Notes: generated by a model not told the origin, from the sequence alone. Counted from the first letter of the stretch, positions 25,117 to 38,505 are shown. The stretch: 64,000 nucleotides of DNA from Laetmonice hystrix (GCA_965235115.1 OZ249440.1:35714001-35778000); one strand, 5' to 3'. Numbers and translations are program-made.

Positions 25117-25667
25117 GATGCTGAACGCAGACGGGCCTGGATAAAGGCGGTGAATAGGAAAGCCCAGGGGTCTGCCATCAAGATTTGGACACCTACAAAG
25201 ACTCATGTGTGTGCAGCAAGCACTTTATTGATGGTACTCCGAGTCCTGCAAATCCTGATCCTCTCCTACATCTGGGATATGAACTGCGCAAGCCTGACAA
25301 GGTAAGCTACATGGGCCAGTCAGGGGCGGACTGGGACTTAAAACTGCCTAGGTTGGCCATTATTTATTGATATGTTGCTTTTCTGATAAAATTAGAGAAG
25401 TATAAAATCGACAAATAGGAGGGGTTGCCAAATGCCAAAAGCACTTTCCATTTGTCAAAGCTGATTTTTCTGTAAATAACAAAGGTCACAATAGCAAAAG
25501 TCACCTCCATGTACGGGAGATAGTCAGGCACACACAGAGACCTCTTCCGACAGTTTTGAGTGAGTGATGTCTGCGTACAAGCGATCGCAGTAGTGTTTCA
25601 CCGCCAGGCTGCCACTACGTGTTGTCAAGCACGGAATTGAGAAGCCACGAAGCGATACACAAGCATC

Positions 25668-26200
25668 ATGGCTAGCGGAGGCTTCGAACCCCCGTGGAAA
25701 ATGGATTTCCAGGGTAACGTAGCACAAAACTGGAGAAATTTTATCAGTGACTTTCATATTTTCATGTGTGCAGCAGGACTTGATTCAAAGCCTGAAAAAC
25801 GCCAGGTGATGTGTCTACTAAATTTAATGGGTACACAAGGACGTGCCGTGGATGATGGATTCCAGTTTACTGAGGAAGCTGACAAGTTCAAGCTCAAGCC
25901 AGTCATGAAGCTATTTGAAGAGCATTGCATTCCTTAACAGAATGAACTGTTGGAGAGAGAACAGTTCGCCAGGTATGGCATCCCAGAGCAATTCATATCA
26001 GATGGTGGGCCCCAAAAGAATTCAACAAATTTGCAACCAACTATGGTCTTACACTCATCACCAGAATACCCACAAAGAAACGGATTTGCTGAGTTAAGTG
26101 AAAATCCTCAAAAACATCATGAAAAAGGCTAAACACTCTCACACCGACGTACACTTAGCCATACTTGAATGGTGGAACACACCAATAGAAGGGCTAGGCT
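25668..26200 (+). pseudogene. Condensed Gypsy (Mag-like) relic: gag N-terminus fused to an integrase fragment
   Basis: GNVAQNWRNF...LLNLMG...FEEHCIP, then FARYGIPEQFISDGGPQ...SSPEYPQRNGFAE...NTP. Confidence 0.85.
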
Positions 26201-26214
26201 CAAAACTGTCCTAT

Positions 26215-27960
26215 TTAAAGGAAAGAGATGTAACAGGTTAGTATAGTGAGACCTGGATAAAAGGAAACAGTTACGACAATATGGTGTGCGAGTTAAACAC
26301 ACCCTGGCAACAATTTCAACCATGAAACTGCTACTGCTGGCAGTCAGAGGAATACCGCAGTTGTCACTTCACACCAGCAGGGTCGCTGACGATATAAAAG
26401 AAACGAGAGACACTGGAGTAGGTTTGGTAGATAAGCACCTTGCCCCATTAGTTTTTGTAGTTTTGTTGAGCCAGGCAAAAGGTAATGTAATGGTAAAGGC
26501 CCTATCGCCCCCTATTGTTTTCTTTTCTCACTTTCTTTTTTTCCCTTTTTTCTCGTGAACTTCTGTGAGAAAAACGGCAAAAATCATCTTCCGGTTGGAA
26601 CAGTTACACTGGTTCTATGGTGTATGGCGGGTGTCCAGCACCTGTCGCTGTTTAGGACATATGTTCGCAACACATTTTCGTTCACCGTTGCCCAGTTCGG
26701 GGGTAATTCATGACAAAGCAAGAATGGTGTCGAAATAAATATATTAACAAATGTTTCTATATTATTTGAATGCCACTCGCAGTTTAGTGCAATATTGTGT
26801 ATATTGCCAGTCTTGAGCGTGGATTTCAATCCGTTTACGGCAAGGGTCCCGGAACGTGCGCCACCTTTCTGACTGTCAGACAATCACAGCTACGCCACAA
26901 TAACAACATCGCCGGACAGTCTCACTGTCACCAATGAAGAGACTGTGGTCGCAGGATCTTATGACTCATTTGACTGGAAACAAGGCCGACGGGTGGTTGA
27001 ACTGGCCGTGTTGGCAGAGGCACTGGACAGCTGTCAACAGTCTCCCCTTGCGCCTTGTAAAGTGTAGACACTTTGGTATGATACTTATATGTTATTAGTA
27101 GTTTATGGTAACCATTATATTAATCATAGAGTTTATGGTAAGATAGTTCTCTAGTTCCTTCTTTATTGGTATTATGAGGGTAGAAACTTAATATGGAAAT
27201 ACCTTGTAATCTTCCTAGTTAATTATCTTTTTACTTAAGTATATATAAGTACCAATCTTCGGGTTAAGGCTTTAATACAATATTCCTAATGTGCCCTAGA
27301 TAATATAGCGACCTATTAATGGTGTGTGTGCTGAAGCTGTAACATCCTGGTGACGCTGAGTCAGCCCGCTGTCCCCCTACACCACCCAGTCATTGGGCGG
27401 TGCCTGCTGCCGTCTTGATAGAAATAAAGACGAACCTCTCAACGAGGGAAAGATGAGATCTGGACACGGAGCACACCACACGGAGTTATGTTCTCTCTTT
27501 TATATATATATATATATTCTGTGAAATAGCGACCCCCGCAGAGTCAGAATGGTCAGCTATTTTACAGCCTGTCATCCTGTGTCAGGGAGCGATGGCAAGG
27601 CCTCGGTGGGTGGTTCTATGTCTTGTGTAATAATCCAGCTTGCACACGTTGCCTTCCTGGGAGACCAGAAGGTGGTACTAGCTGGTCACAACTCCTGGAT
27701 ACTAGTCAGTGCTGCAGATACCTGTGCCATGATGGATACACTGCAGAACTGTCTAGTATCCTTCTGGACACACTGCCGCTACTTAGGAACATTCTGCCAG
27801 GATGGAAAAGTTACAAACAAGAAGTCGTAGTTTCAGACATCCTGAAGAAAAGCTATGATGATGCCCTGGCAGATGTCAAGGCACTTTAAGAACTCATCCT
27901 TCATCTCCATAGACAACATACAACTTCACACCTTTCACACTGACTTCGTGCATCGTTAAA
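26215..27960 (+). pseudogene. Kolobok-like (KolobokP-type) relic: transposase N-terminal piece and DEDD/PML-like exonuclease piece
   Basis: TTAA|AGG start at about 26215; DWKQGRRVVELAVLAEALDSC at about 26973-27035; LAGHN and DTLPLLRNILPGWKSYKQEVVV...ALADVKAL at about 27675-27889. Confidence 0.5.
27056..27480 (+). mobile_element. Possible solo LTR
   Basis: TGTAA...CCACA ends, GCTGAGTCAGC site and AATAAA near the 3' end; no TSD found. Confidence 0.35.
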
Positions 27961-28112
27961 ACATCTTCACATGAAGAAGGCGAATGTCCTTACATTGACA
28001 CCACTCAAGGGCCTTGTCAGCCGGAGTATGCTGGAGCAAGTGGACTGAACTTTGGGCATTTGAAGGCTGCCCATGACCCCGATAATCGTCAGGGCATCCA
28101 TGCCCTTTTAAC

Positions 28113-28262
28113 CGAGTGAGTGAATGAGTAGTGGTGGTTTTCCGCCGTGTCGGCATCCGGGGCATCTTCATGGCGAAAACAGGGTTAAAAGATTTTATCC
28201 CGGATCCCAAAAGGAACACCACCAAAAATCATCTATAAAAGAGTCCAGCCTCTGACCAAAAC
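28113..28262 (-). mobile_element. 3' tail fragment of the I-group LINE
   Basis: GAGTGAGT...GCCGTGTCGGCATCCGGG...CTATAAAAGAGT shared with the full copies. Confidence 0.85.
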
Positions 28263-28510
28263 TATGAGGGGGCAACAATAATATGTATATAAACCTTCTT
28301 TTATGTAATGTGAACGTGTGCATGTCGTTCACCTTTTTTACAATGTCAGTAGGCCTATATGTAAACCTTTTCTAGTATATTTATGTCGGGACATCAGTAT
28401 TATATATATACAGTGGAAACCAACTTAGGCGGGCAGCCGTGGGTCTGGGCCTTTTTTAAAATTGACTTGACTTTGTTTGTGAACCGGGCCCTGGTTATTA
28501 ACCAGCCTTA

Positions 28511-30411
28511 GTGACAGGACACCTATGGAACAAATAAGACTACAGCCCCTATATAACCACGTCCCTCACCCTTGTCCAGCAGACAGGGCAGACAGATCAG
28601 CCAGAGCAGACAAATCGGCTAGACAGACAGTTCAGACAAACAGTTTGTATCCATTCAGACAGAGCTACTGGCAAGGCGCATCCACTCGGGCTAAGTGTTG
28701 TGATATAGGTTTTCCGCATTGGAGTTAACTCGTACATATACTGTCATGGCATTTAATTATATATTTTATATCCGTCAACCCATGTGTTCCTACCTGAGCT
28801 AGTTCCCCAAACAGTTCGATCCCCAAAGCCCCTGGCTAATGGGACAACTGGTAGAGAAACCCGGGTACGATCTTGGTGAAATTTTTTTGGGAAGTAAATA
28901 ATTATCTATGCCACGAGTTTGAAGTCCACAAAACAGCGGTAAATCCAATGCGTGTCAGGCACATTCAACACGGTCACAAACCCAACATTAGTGGTTGGCT
29001 TTGATAACGCGCCCCGTGCTCCTAGACCAGTATCAGTTATGGCAGATGATGCCCCATCTCACCAGGTGTGTGCCCCATACCCACACACATTTGATGGGTA
29101 CACTAACAAACATGGAGGACAATTCCTAGAGAACTTTGAACTGTATGCAACACAATACAAATGCTCTCCTAAAGAACGGGAGAACCTGCTGGCCCTGTCT
29201 TTAACCAAAATAGCCTGAAACAACATTGAAACAATGGCAGCAGTCTGCAGAAGCATTCCCCAATGAGGCAGACAGGTAAAGTTTGCTGAAAAAATGCTTT
29301 AAAAAGCGGTTTTGCCTGTCGGAAGATGACGAAGCCCTTGCTGAGTGGGCGCTCAGCAATAGACAGCAGGGTCAACATGAGACAGCTAGCACTTATGTGG
29401 ACACAATGGTGCTGGCAGCACAGTGCTGTCCGAACATTGCAAAAGCGCATAATCCTAAGCGGATTTCGACCTGATGTCCGCCCGCTAATTCTGCTACACC
29501 ATCCCGAGAATCTGGTGGATCTCACACACAACGCTGCATTATGCACAGCGGCACCAGTGATGGCACCAATCACAATGCAACAACATCCTGCAGCAGGTTT
29601 GTCGGCGCTGCAGGCCATCAACGCCATCCTGCAAACGACAACACAAGTGGAGCGAGCGGCTCCAATTTTTGCAGTACAACAAATCGACAGCACATCCACA
29701 GCAACTGGAGCTGCAACAGCTGGCCGAGGCCAACGGGAGAAGAGCGTCGCACGGACAACAGATCACACTAAGTAAGCCTACTCACCAACTTGTCTTTATG
29801 CAACCTGTGTGGGGACTGATGGACAAATACCCAATGCTATCTGTAGCACCAGTAGTTGACTGTCCAAAAGGCAAACAAACATACTGCTCACTAGTTAACC
29901 ATTCAAATTACCCACTCATCATTCACAAAAACAAAAACCCCACATCTAATGTATTCATTATGGGGGGAGTCAATAATATTACCACCAAGATCACGAAACG
30001 CACCTTTCAATTCATGTTCCTATCAGTAGAGGAACTACTTAATCACCTGGTCTCAGAACTAAACAGAGCGGACGGACATTTGAGAAGAAAATACCCTGGC
30101 AGAAATTTTATTTTTGTTCCCTTGGTTGGCGTGCAGTTGAAGCAGAGCATCGGAGATTTATCACACCAAGAGATGGTGAACAAAGCGATAATAGAATATA
30201 ACCGACACATAGTCAAGATAAACACGGATAACCAGGTCCCAACTCCATGGGTAACAAATCTTGGAAATCATTGAGGTTAACTCTTACATATACTGTCATG
30301 GCATTTAATTAAATATTTTATATCCGTCAACCCATGTGTTGCGGTGTTCCCTACCTGAGCTAGTTCCACAAACAGCTCAATCCCCAAAGCCCCTGGCTAA
30401 CGGGACGACAC
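28511..30411 (+). mobile_element. Decayed LTR element: partial LTR pair, gag remnant and SGNH-hydrolase-like remnant
   Basis: About 125-bp direct repeat at 28724-28847 and 30276-30408; degenerate tRNA-Phe-like PBS TGGTAGAGAAACCCGGG at about 28849; gag PHTFDG..FLENFELYA; VFIMGGVNNIT...YNRHIVKIN..TPW at 29940-30270. Left boundary is approximate. Confidence 0.6.
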
Positions 30412-31320
30412 TACCATTATTTTTATTATAACACTACTTCCGGTTTTTCACCCCCAGCCTCCTCTCCACTAAAGTCCCAAAATTTGGTGCACCTGGAAAA
30501 CAAGGCTCGCACGAGCATTGGGGTAGAATTGTCTGAACTTGTGGATTCTGAAGACATGATGATAATAGGATGATATGTAATATGATCTTCCACATGGTTA
30601 ATATGGTTAACAATAGTTCACAATAATAGTTAATCGACCAGAGAGACTCCACCATAGTCCCCAAAAATTTCAGCTGGAGTCATCGGGACTTTGGTGGAGT
30701 GAACCGGGACTTTGGTGGATTAAACCAAGGCCCTAAGGTTATATCTCATATATATATTAATTTGTCAATGGGACAAAGCACAGCCAGTCAAGCGTATATG
30801 GCACTCCAAGCTAGGAGCAGCATGTTTGCTCCGACGTCTGCGCGTAAGCTTTATATATAGGTGTCGCCCATCACCAGGAGAGAGCAGAAAGAGACTGATG
30901 GAGAGAGTCAAGCCAACTCAGTGCGTGCACAGTGGTACACAGGAAGGAGCGGGCAGACGTTACAAATTCTGCGACTCTGTGCTGACGCTTATCCCCCGGA
31001 CGCGTATACAAGATCAACCCTACCAGATGAAAATCACGGAAATTATGTGTGTGTGTGTTCCCAGTGGACATATTAGCAATGAGGTGTGATCTTCAAGTTG
31101 GACATTGAACCACCACTCTCAAATATTATATATACCCTGGTGAGTCGGACAACCCAGTTATTGCAGGAGCGCTATTTCTATGTCACTTTCATATACCTTT
31201 TTCTGTGCCCGTGTTGTATTTTTAGGTAATTTCTAATTGTAAAATCTGACCGGCTTTGGGGATCCCATTTTTGCGAAATATATGGTCCCGCTCTAGCCCT
31301 TATGCTACAGAAAAGTACTG

Positions 31321-32082
31321 AGTGAGTGAGTGAGAGTGAGTAGTGGTGGTTTTGCGCCGTGTCGGCATCTGGGGCCATATTCACGGTGAAAACAGAGTTA
31401 TAAGACCATAAAACCAAAGGAACCTATTTTATCCCGGGTCCCAACGGGAACACCACCAAAACACATCTATAAAAGAGTCAGAAGTCCAGCCTCTGACAAG
31501 AACTCTAAAATCACTCCTGGTCTGACATTGCTAAAAAGATCCTTAAGACTCGTCTCATTATAAAACCTTTGTCTGATGAGAGTAAAATCGCCACATTCGA
31601 GTAAAAGATGCTTCAGTGTCAAAGGACACTGACAGCCATAACATTCTGGAGGTGGCTCCCCCTTCAATAAAAACACATGGGTTAATCTAGAATGACCAAC
31701 TCTGCATCGAGTAAAAACAATTTCATGCCTACGTTGGGTTAGGCCATGATGATACCTTTGGTTTACCATGGGACTGATCTGATACAACTTATTGTTTGGT
31801 TGTTCATCCCATTCGGCCTGCCATTTGTTCTTAATGTATGCCCAGATGGTAGGTCTGAGGTCAGAGGCTGGGATTGGACACAATTCGACGTCTGTTTCAA
31901 GAGCCCTCTTGGCAGTTCTGTCTGCTTGCTCATTGCCGGGGATGCCAACATGACCAGGCACCCAGCAAAAGTGAATGTCAAAGTTTGCATTGGCAAGCAT
32001 TGCCAACTTGGACAAGATTCGAACGATCACTGGGTGATCTGTGTTCAAGTTAGCAAGTGCTTGCAGACAGGATAAGGAATCC
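31321..32082 (-). mobile_element. 5'-truncated I-group LINE (short-3'UTR subfamily)
   Basis: RNase H C-half to stop codon; TSD GAAAAGTACTG at 31310-31320 and 32083-32093. Confidence 0.95.
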
Positions 32083-32093
32083 GAAAAGTACTG

Positions 32094-32474
32094 TAAAAGG
32101 GTTTCTTGTCATTTTTTGAAGGGTAGGTCTTGTCGGCGTATGGCATATTTTGATCAAATTTGACCTTGACTGACCCATGACCTTGACCTCTGACGACTTA
32201 AAGTACCAACAAATGAATGGGCATCCTAATTTTAGTTAAATATGACATCCGTAATGTGTTTCTATGTTAATTTGTTCCAAATTTAGGTTCATTTAATTAT
32301 TATAATTCATATATGTCGGCCATTTTGGATTTGAGCCGAAAACGAGGCTTTCCCCATGTCCGATTTTTTGCAAACTTTTGATATGTTCTTCTCCAGACCT
32401 TATTCTATAGAAAACCACCTTAAAACGTTTTCTTGCAATTTGTCAGGGGTCATGTCCTAAATTGACCTGACTAT
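32094..32474. mobile_element. Terminal region of a DNA transposon, possibly Academ-like
   Basis: Ends in GTCCTAAATTGACCTGACTA (TAG... terminus on the - strand) with TGACCT and GCCATTTT motifs; partner TIR not found. Confidence 0.35.
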
Positions 32475-33165
32475 GCTGTGTGTCTTCAACAGCCTCTGGT
32501 TTTCAACACTCATAGGTGGTTTGCTTGAGGCGGAGCTGGCTTCGTAAGTAGTTACGCCTAAGTAGCTTACATAATCAGTGCATTATTAATATTAGGAAAA
32601 GCTTACATAATCAGTGCATTATTAATATTAGGTTTCCTAACTATACAGCGAACATAACAGTCTGATGTCTGTTTTTATACAAGTTGCAAAGTGATTTGTG
32701 TCGGGTTGATAGGCCTAGATCATGTAACTTACCATGGTAAGTTTCGGCCCTCTGGTTGTCAGCCTTCCGAAAGTGGTCGTGGCAGACCACACTTTACTTC
32801 CTTGGAGTCGCCTAATATCTCGTATGAAGTGGAACATGTCATGCCATTCTATTCTACCCACCTTGCAATACTTTTGTCCAGTGTGTGTACATTCCCTAAA
32901 CACAGAAAATCTTTGGAAAGTTCAATTATGAAATTTAATTTCTTTCCAGAACCCAAATCTAAGAGACATCCTTCATCACCTGCATTCACTAACAGAGCAG
33001 GCAGCTCCGGGGACTCCAGTGAACGTAGACAGGCAAAATGTCTTGGGTGATCTGTTTCATGGCAAAAAGAAAGTTGTTCCTGAGAGCGGGCCGAGCAAGG
33101 AGCTTTACAGGATGGCTGTGGGTGAAATTCAGCAGTCTTACCTATTTTTTGGGCCGGAGTGACTC

Positions 33166-33345
33166 AGTGAGTGAGTAGTGGTGGTTTTACGCTGTGTCGG
33201 CATCCGGGGCCATCTTGAAGGCGAAAACAGAGTAAAAAGACCATAAAATCAAAAGGACCTATTTTGTCCAGGGCCCCAATACCGGAATATCATTGCAACA
33301 CACTTCATCCTGTCAGCCCAACCGGGCTACCAACAAGCCCACATC
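33166..33345 (-). mobile_element. 3' tail fragment of the I-group LINE
   Basis: Diverged copy of the tail, stem-loop and 3'UTR. Confidence 0.8.
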
Positions 33346-33469
33346 TATGTCTATACTCAAGTCCGGAAGCATCACGTCAGAACACGTTACATCGCATCAG
33401 TCATGGGAACCGTCAGCCATAACGCAACAGTCAGCGGAAGTTCCCCAGCTACTCTGTGAGGTGCTAAAT

Positions 33470-33915
33470 GCGACACAACGTCAGCATCAGTCTCTGGTGG
33501 AGAGTTTGCAGCTGCCGAGAGGTGATCTTGCAATGTTTGATGGGAATCCTCTCCACTATTGGTCTTTTACTAGACAGAGAAAGGAACAGTAACTGATGCA
33601 ACGAAGCTAAACACGTTACTCCAATACTGCACAGGTAAAGCTCGAAAACTACTAGAGTGCTGTGAGGTGCAGGGGCCAGCTGAGGAATACCTACTGGCCT
33701 GACGACTGTTGAAGGAACGGTTCGGGAATGGGAACCAAATAGCACAAGCATGGATTGACAAAATCGTGGGCCATCCACCACTGAAGGGAAACAGTGGAGT
33801 GCAGGAGTACGCAGATAGCCTACGCTGCTGTAAGGAAACGTTGAATGCCATGGGATATTTACAGGAGTTAGGAAGCGCTCAAACCCGACGCACCATACTG
33901 GAAAAGCTACTGTAG
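33470..33915 (+). pseudogene. BEL/Pao gag remnant
   Basis: LQLPRGDLAMFDGNPLHYWSF...LLQYCTGKA...LKERFGN...LNAMGYLQEL...ILEKL. Confidence 0.8.
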
Positions 33916-34074
33916 CGAACCTGGACGATAATGGGCGTATTATGCGCAGAATATCATGTACCCACCGGAGTTCTGCAGTTCAAAGTACCTGTATATATTC
34001 ACCATAGTAGTAGCTTATTTCCGTGTTCCAGATTCATTGTGACATTGTGTATTTATTGTAAAACTGGAACTTAA

Positions 34075-34442
34075 AGGGAGTCGTAAAATTCATTTTTTTC
34101 GATTTATGGCAGTCTTAGAAACATATATGATTCGCATACCTTGGACTCCCAGTAACATCATGTGAGACTGTTATGGCCCAGCGACCAGTATTTAGTAAGG
34201 AAAATATGCCAAATCTCTCGGAAATACGTAGCTCAGAATTAGCGAGCGGCCCACAGGATATTTGAGTTGGCCGCGGTCGGGCGATGATGACGCGTGATCA
34301 CGTGACTTCCGGGTGTACATGCGGTATTTAGGTCAACACTAGACTAGAGGGAGATTCCCTTCCACACCCAGAAGTCAAGGTATGCGAATCATATGTTTCT
34401 AAGACTGCCATAAATCGAAAAAAATGAATTTTACGACCCCCT
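34075..34442. mobile_element. Kolobok-type MITE with about 70-bp TIRs
   Basis: TTAA|AGGGAGTCGTAAAATTCATTTTTTTCGATTTATGGCAGTCTTAGAAACAT is mirrored at about 34375-34442, followed by TCAA. Confidence 0.8.
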
Positions 34443-34451
34443 TCAATCTAA

Positions 34452-35957
34452 TGCAACATGACCTTTAGAGATGGATGGTCGCCATTTTGTTTCCGCCCGA
34501 CGACAGCCTGCCAGGCTGCCTGAGAACCCTGGGTCAACTTTTACCTTTTGTTTGTGGGTTTTTATATTTAACCGGCCTAAACCTCCTTTATTTTATTAGG
34601 ATAATTGTTTATACCCTTTCTTTCAATTAGTATTATCCCTTATTGTTTTATTTTGGGGATGGGGTTAGACACTTCCGTCCATGGATCCTAGTTATTTTTA
34701 GAGGATGACGATTTCCGTCCATCATTCATCCCGTCTTCTGTTCATCCGGGTGGGCCCGTTCTCATTGGCTCCTGGCCAACCCACCCAGAGCTATAAATAC
34801 GGCCGTTTCGGCCGCCCCAGGCAGACAGAGGAGAGAATTTTACACACGTTGATATCAGCCACCCGTATCTCTCACGCCGACAACGGTATTTGCCGGGTCG
34901 GCGTGGACGTCTCCCGTCTCCGCAGCCACCTGCCTCCACCGTTCCCTTCCCCGTCGTGACCACGGCACCTGCCGGGTCGACGACCGCACCAGCATCCACC
35001 GCTCCCTTCCCCGTCGTGTCCACGGCAGCTGCCGGGTCGACGACCGCCCTGACCGCCCTGACCGCACCAGCCTCCCGCCTTCCCGTTCCCTTCCCTGTAT
35101 CAGACCATCCATCCATCGCATTGGCAGGTACGAGGTTACTTGATCATGTTGCATTCATTGACATTGTTTATCTTTAAGTCAGCCTTAGGGCGAGTTAGGC
35201 CTAGCCATGTGGGGGACGCGCTGACCAGCGCCATCTTGTTTTATTAGGGATTATTTAAATCCAGGGCAGGGGTCATGATCTGGTATGTGCCAGTACCGTA
35301 CCCGGGTTTTATGGTGTCATCTAGCCTAGGCTGGATTATATTGGGTTAGATGTTGTTCTTTTATTCAGTCAAGTTCATGCTGAGAGAGTGATGTGCCTAA
35401 TTGGGTCACACTTAAGGTTATACTTATGCAGGTCAAACCAGATTGTAGGCTGATGCGCTTCTCTGGCTTGGTCCTAGGTTTAAGTTACTATTAGTATTAG
35501 TACGGTATTTTGATGTTTGAGAGAGAGATCTGTGGGTGAGACCGATTGTTGTAGCCATTGTAGGCCAAAGAATAGCCAATGGCTTGGTAGCGACTGTCTG
35601 ATGTGACAGTAACACCTGTTGTAAATACGTTATTATTTTATTAAAGCTACTATATTTTTCCACATGTCGGTGTGACGAGTCATCACTTGAGTTAGCCATC
35701 CAGTGATCGATTCTAGTTGTCTCCTATTAATGAAGTACTTATTGAACACAACGAGAAGTACGCCCAGTATTCTCCCTTAGCCCAGACCTTTTCTAGCTAG
35801 TGAGAACTCGTATAAAGCAGATAATAATTCCTCCTACGTTCACGTGTCCGACATTCCACCTTTAATGAATGGTCCGCTACATAATTAGCAACCCTCGTCC
35901 AGGGTCTAATGTCCAGGCCAGGAAAACCGCTACATAATTGGTTACCGTGACCAGGAT
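34452..35957 (+). mobile_element. Long 5' LTR (about 34452-35934) plus tRNA-His-like PBS of a decayed LTR element
   Basis: TG...CA ends, CTATAAATA at about 34791, internal 60-bp GC repeat, then TGGTTACCGTGACCAGGAT at 35939-35957. Confidence 0.55.
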
Positions 35958-36551
35958 GGTTGATTTGCATGCAGGTGGTTGAACTTAAGTGGGTAAGTGT
36001 GCTCTCAGGTAGCAGAATTTTTTTTTAATTCTTGGAAAAAAATTTTTTTCCACATTCCAAGACAGGCTTTAGGTTGAAATATGTATAGTTGTTTATGGCT
36101 ATGGCAGTCAAAGAAAAGAAAACACACCGGTTAAGAAGGGCATGTTACGGTTTGCTGTATAGTTAGCATTGGGACAGTATAGCATTAGCGGTAGAGTTGG
36201 CTACCATCATGCAGCCGTTAACCAATGGAGGAATAGAGACACTTAGAGACAGCGTCTAGTAGGATTGACTTGGGGTTGTTGTCCAGAGATTTATATTTTC
36301 TTGTGATTGCATTGAATACAAATCATAGACACACTGACAGGGCTCAGTACAGAACTAGGTTTTCATGGTCCTGAATAGTTTGTGAATACAAAGTGGATCC
36401 CGAGGAACAATTTATACTTGGCATAGATTTGTATATTCTTGGTTGATGAAAATCGATTCCGTCAAAACAAACCCCAGGGCAGAATTTAAAAAAAAAAAAA
36501 AAAAAAAAACAAACAACAGAACATTTGAGAGATCTGTAGTAGCTGGCTACA

Positions 36552-36806
36552 ATGATTTTGCTCGCAGTGGCAGAGAACTGGTTAGGCATTGTGCTATTAG
36601 TGCTAGCGACATGGCAGATTATCCTACGGACAGCAACTGAAAATTGGTTAGATGTGTTGGAAACAGTCAGAGGTAGCTGGATAATAGTCATGCAGACAGT
36701 TACAGAGACATGGTTACTCTTCTTGCAGACAGTTCTAGTTAGCTGGCAAATGATTACAGGACGCCAACAGGATCGGGTTATTGTTAATGTAGGCCCACAG
36801 GATTGA
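36552..36806 (+). CDS. Hydrophobic ORF with Trp every 11 residues, downstream of the PBS
   Basis: ENW-LGIVLLVLATW-QIILRTATENW-LDVLETVRGSW-IIVMQTVTETW-LLFLQTVLVSW. Confidence 0.45.
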   Translation: MILLAVAENWLGIVLLVLATWQIILRTATENWLDVLETVRGSWIIVMQTVTETWLLFLQTVLVSWQMITGRQQDRVIVNVGPQD

Positions 36807-38505
36807 ACTTTGGCAGATTCTAGGAAATGGTAGATATGGTAACATATGGTGAATATGAATGATGATAGGCAGGTATGATTGGTCTTGATTTCACCGCTGT
36901 TATAGCTAGAGGTGTCGACTTCAGGTGGATTTTAGATAACCCAGAACAGTCTGTCATGCTCGTGTGGTTGGCACACGTTGCTGCAATTATACTATAACGT
37001 TAGAGTTGCTTGTCACCATTTTAGCTTTCCTGTTAGGCAGAGGGTCAGTAACATATTGGACCAGGAGGGTCTTTGGATACATTATGGATGGTATTAGGCG
37101 AGGATTTGCATATGTTAGAAGCCTGTGGTCAAATTCAAGTAGTGTGTCTGCCACCTAGCGGTGCAGATCCACACCAATCACTAAGACAGGACAGGGCAGG
37201 GATATTCTGTAGTGGGTTGCCAGACCTGAGTGACAGGAGAGAGGTGTTTAGATCGGATGTACAGGGTGTAGTCTTTGCTAATGGCAGGCAGGCTAGCTTT
37301 GAGGAAAGGGGTAGAGCAAACTTAGGTAGTTTCCTCAGTGATGGGAGATGTTGGCATGGGCCATACCAGCCCCATGATAGTCATGACAGCCACCTATTTA
37401 ATGGAGGGCCAAGCCCAAGAGCTGAGCAGGGAGAGCCCTGTTATGCATTAGCTGACAGATACAACAGTCAACCACAAACAACACCTTGCATGAATTGGTA
37501 TTACACTGGGGGTCAGTCTCAATACCTGGGTTTCAGCCAGAGGGCTAACCAAAACGATAGAAATCACATTGTGAATGGGAATGGGTACCCAAGTGGGGTC
37601 GACCCCATCTTGAGGCGAGATACTTACCACGAAGGGGCCAGGTTTTACCCCTGTGAGGATGTTGGTAGGGAACTCCATGGACACAGCCAGGGCGCTGGGA
37701 CTCACAGGCAATCTAGGTTGGATTGCGACCCAGTTGGTCATGGTAGCCCTAATAGGTACTACTACCCAGAGGCCATCAGGCCGTAAAAACCCAACATTAC
37801 CAAGCTCATGTTGTTAAATACATAGGTGTAGATATCTGTAAAGTTCCCACGTCTTAATATTGTATGGTGTGGCCCAATATGTTGGTGTTTTCCGTGATAA
37901 TTTATGTAACTTACTGGCACTGGAATGTGTGATATAATTTGCTGACGATGGATTTCCAGTAATCTACATAGCAATGAATACAAGTGCAACATGAGCGTTG
38001 TGGTTTCTTATTCCCCACCACCTGACTAGCACGTCACAGTAGCTTTCCGGACCCCATCCCCTGCCGACCCAAGATTAGAACGTCGGGGGTTGGCATTTCC
38101 AACGACACCAAGATCATGACCAAAACTTAGGCCATTTCCCGGACCGACTTTCCGTCACGTTTCACGCTGCCACATGGCCATTTATGCAAATTAGTGGAAG
38201 AAAATAATTCCCAGACAGCCAAGAAACACCAATGCCGCAAGTCTGGTTGTCACTGCCGTGCTTCATTTGTTTACCCACCATTTTTCGTATTAGCTTTTAG
38301 TAACGCGAGACCTTAATACGCATGCACACAAGCCACGGTACGAGGCAAAAAATTGTCACGGAATCTTCAAGTTGTAAGTGATCGCATCTGAAATAAAGAA
38401 AAACGTCGACAACCTCGTATCAGCCAGCTTTCTACACCGACCCATGGCCGGCACACTGGTGAATGTTATCCATCCAGACCCTGCAGCGCAAGGTGTAAAA
38501 GTCGG

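Larger units (their letters stand above)
20210..25301 (+). pseudogene. THAP zinc-finger exon (20210-20371 plus 25117-25301) of a DNA transposon, split by a LINE
   Basis: HICAMKWCGNS...LFTFPKDAERRRAWIKAVNR...WTP..SCVCSKHFIDG..P...P is the THAP C2CH signature; GTAAG donor at 25302. Confidence 0.85.

Noticed and set aside
25117..25181. N-terminus MMADPWAF... of the 315-aa ORF1
   Set aside because: It lies outside the LINE TSD and is antisense THAP sequence.
34742..35177. Ala/Thr/Pro-rich mucin-like ORFs
   Set aside because: They derive from a 60-bp GC-rich repeat inside an LTR-like region.
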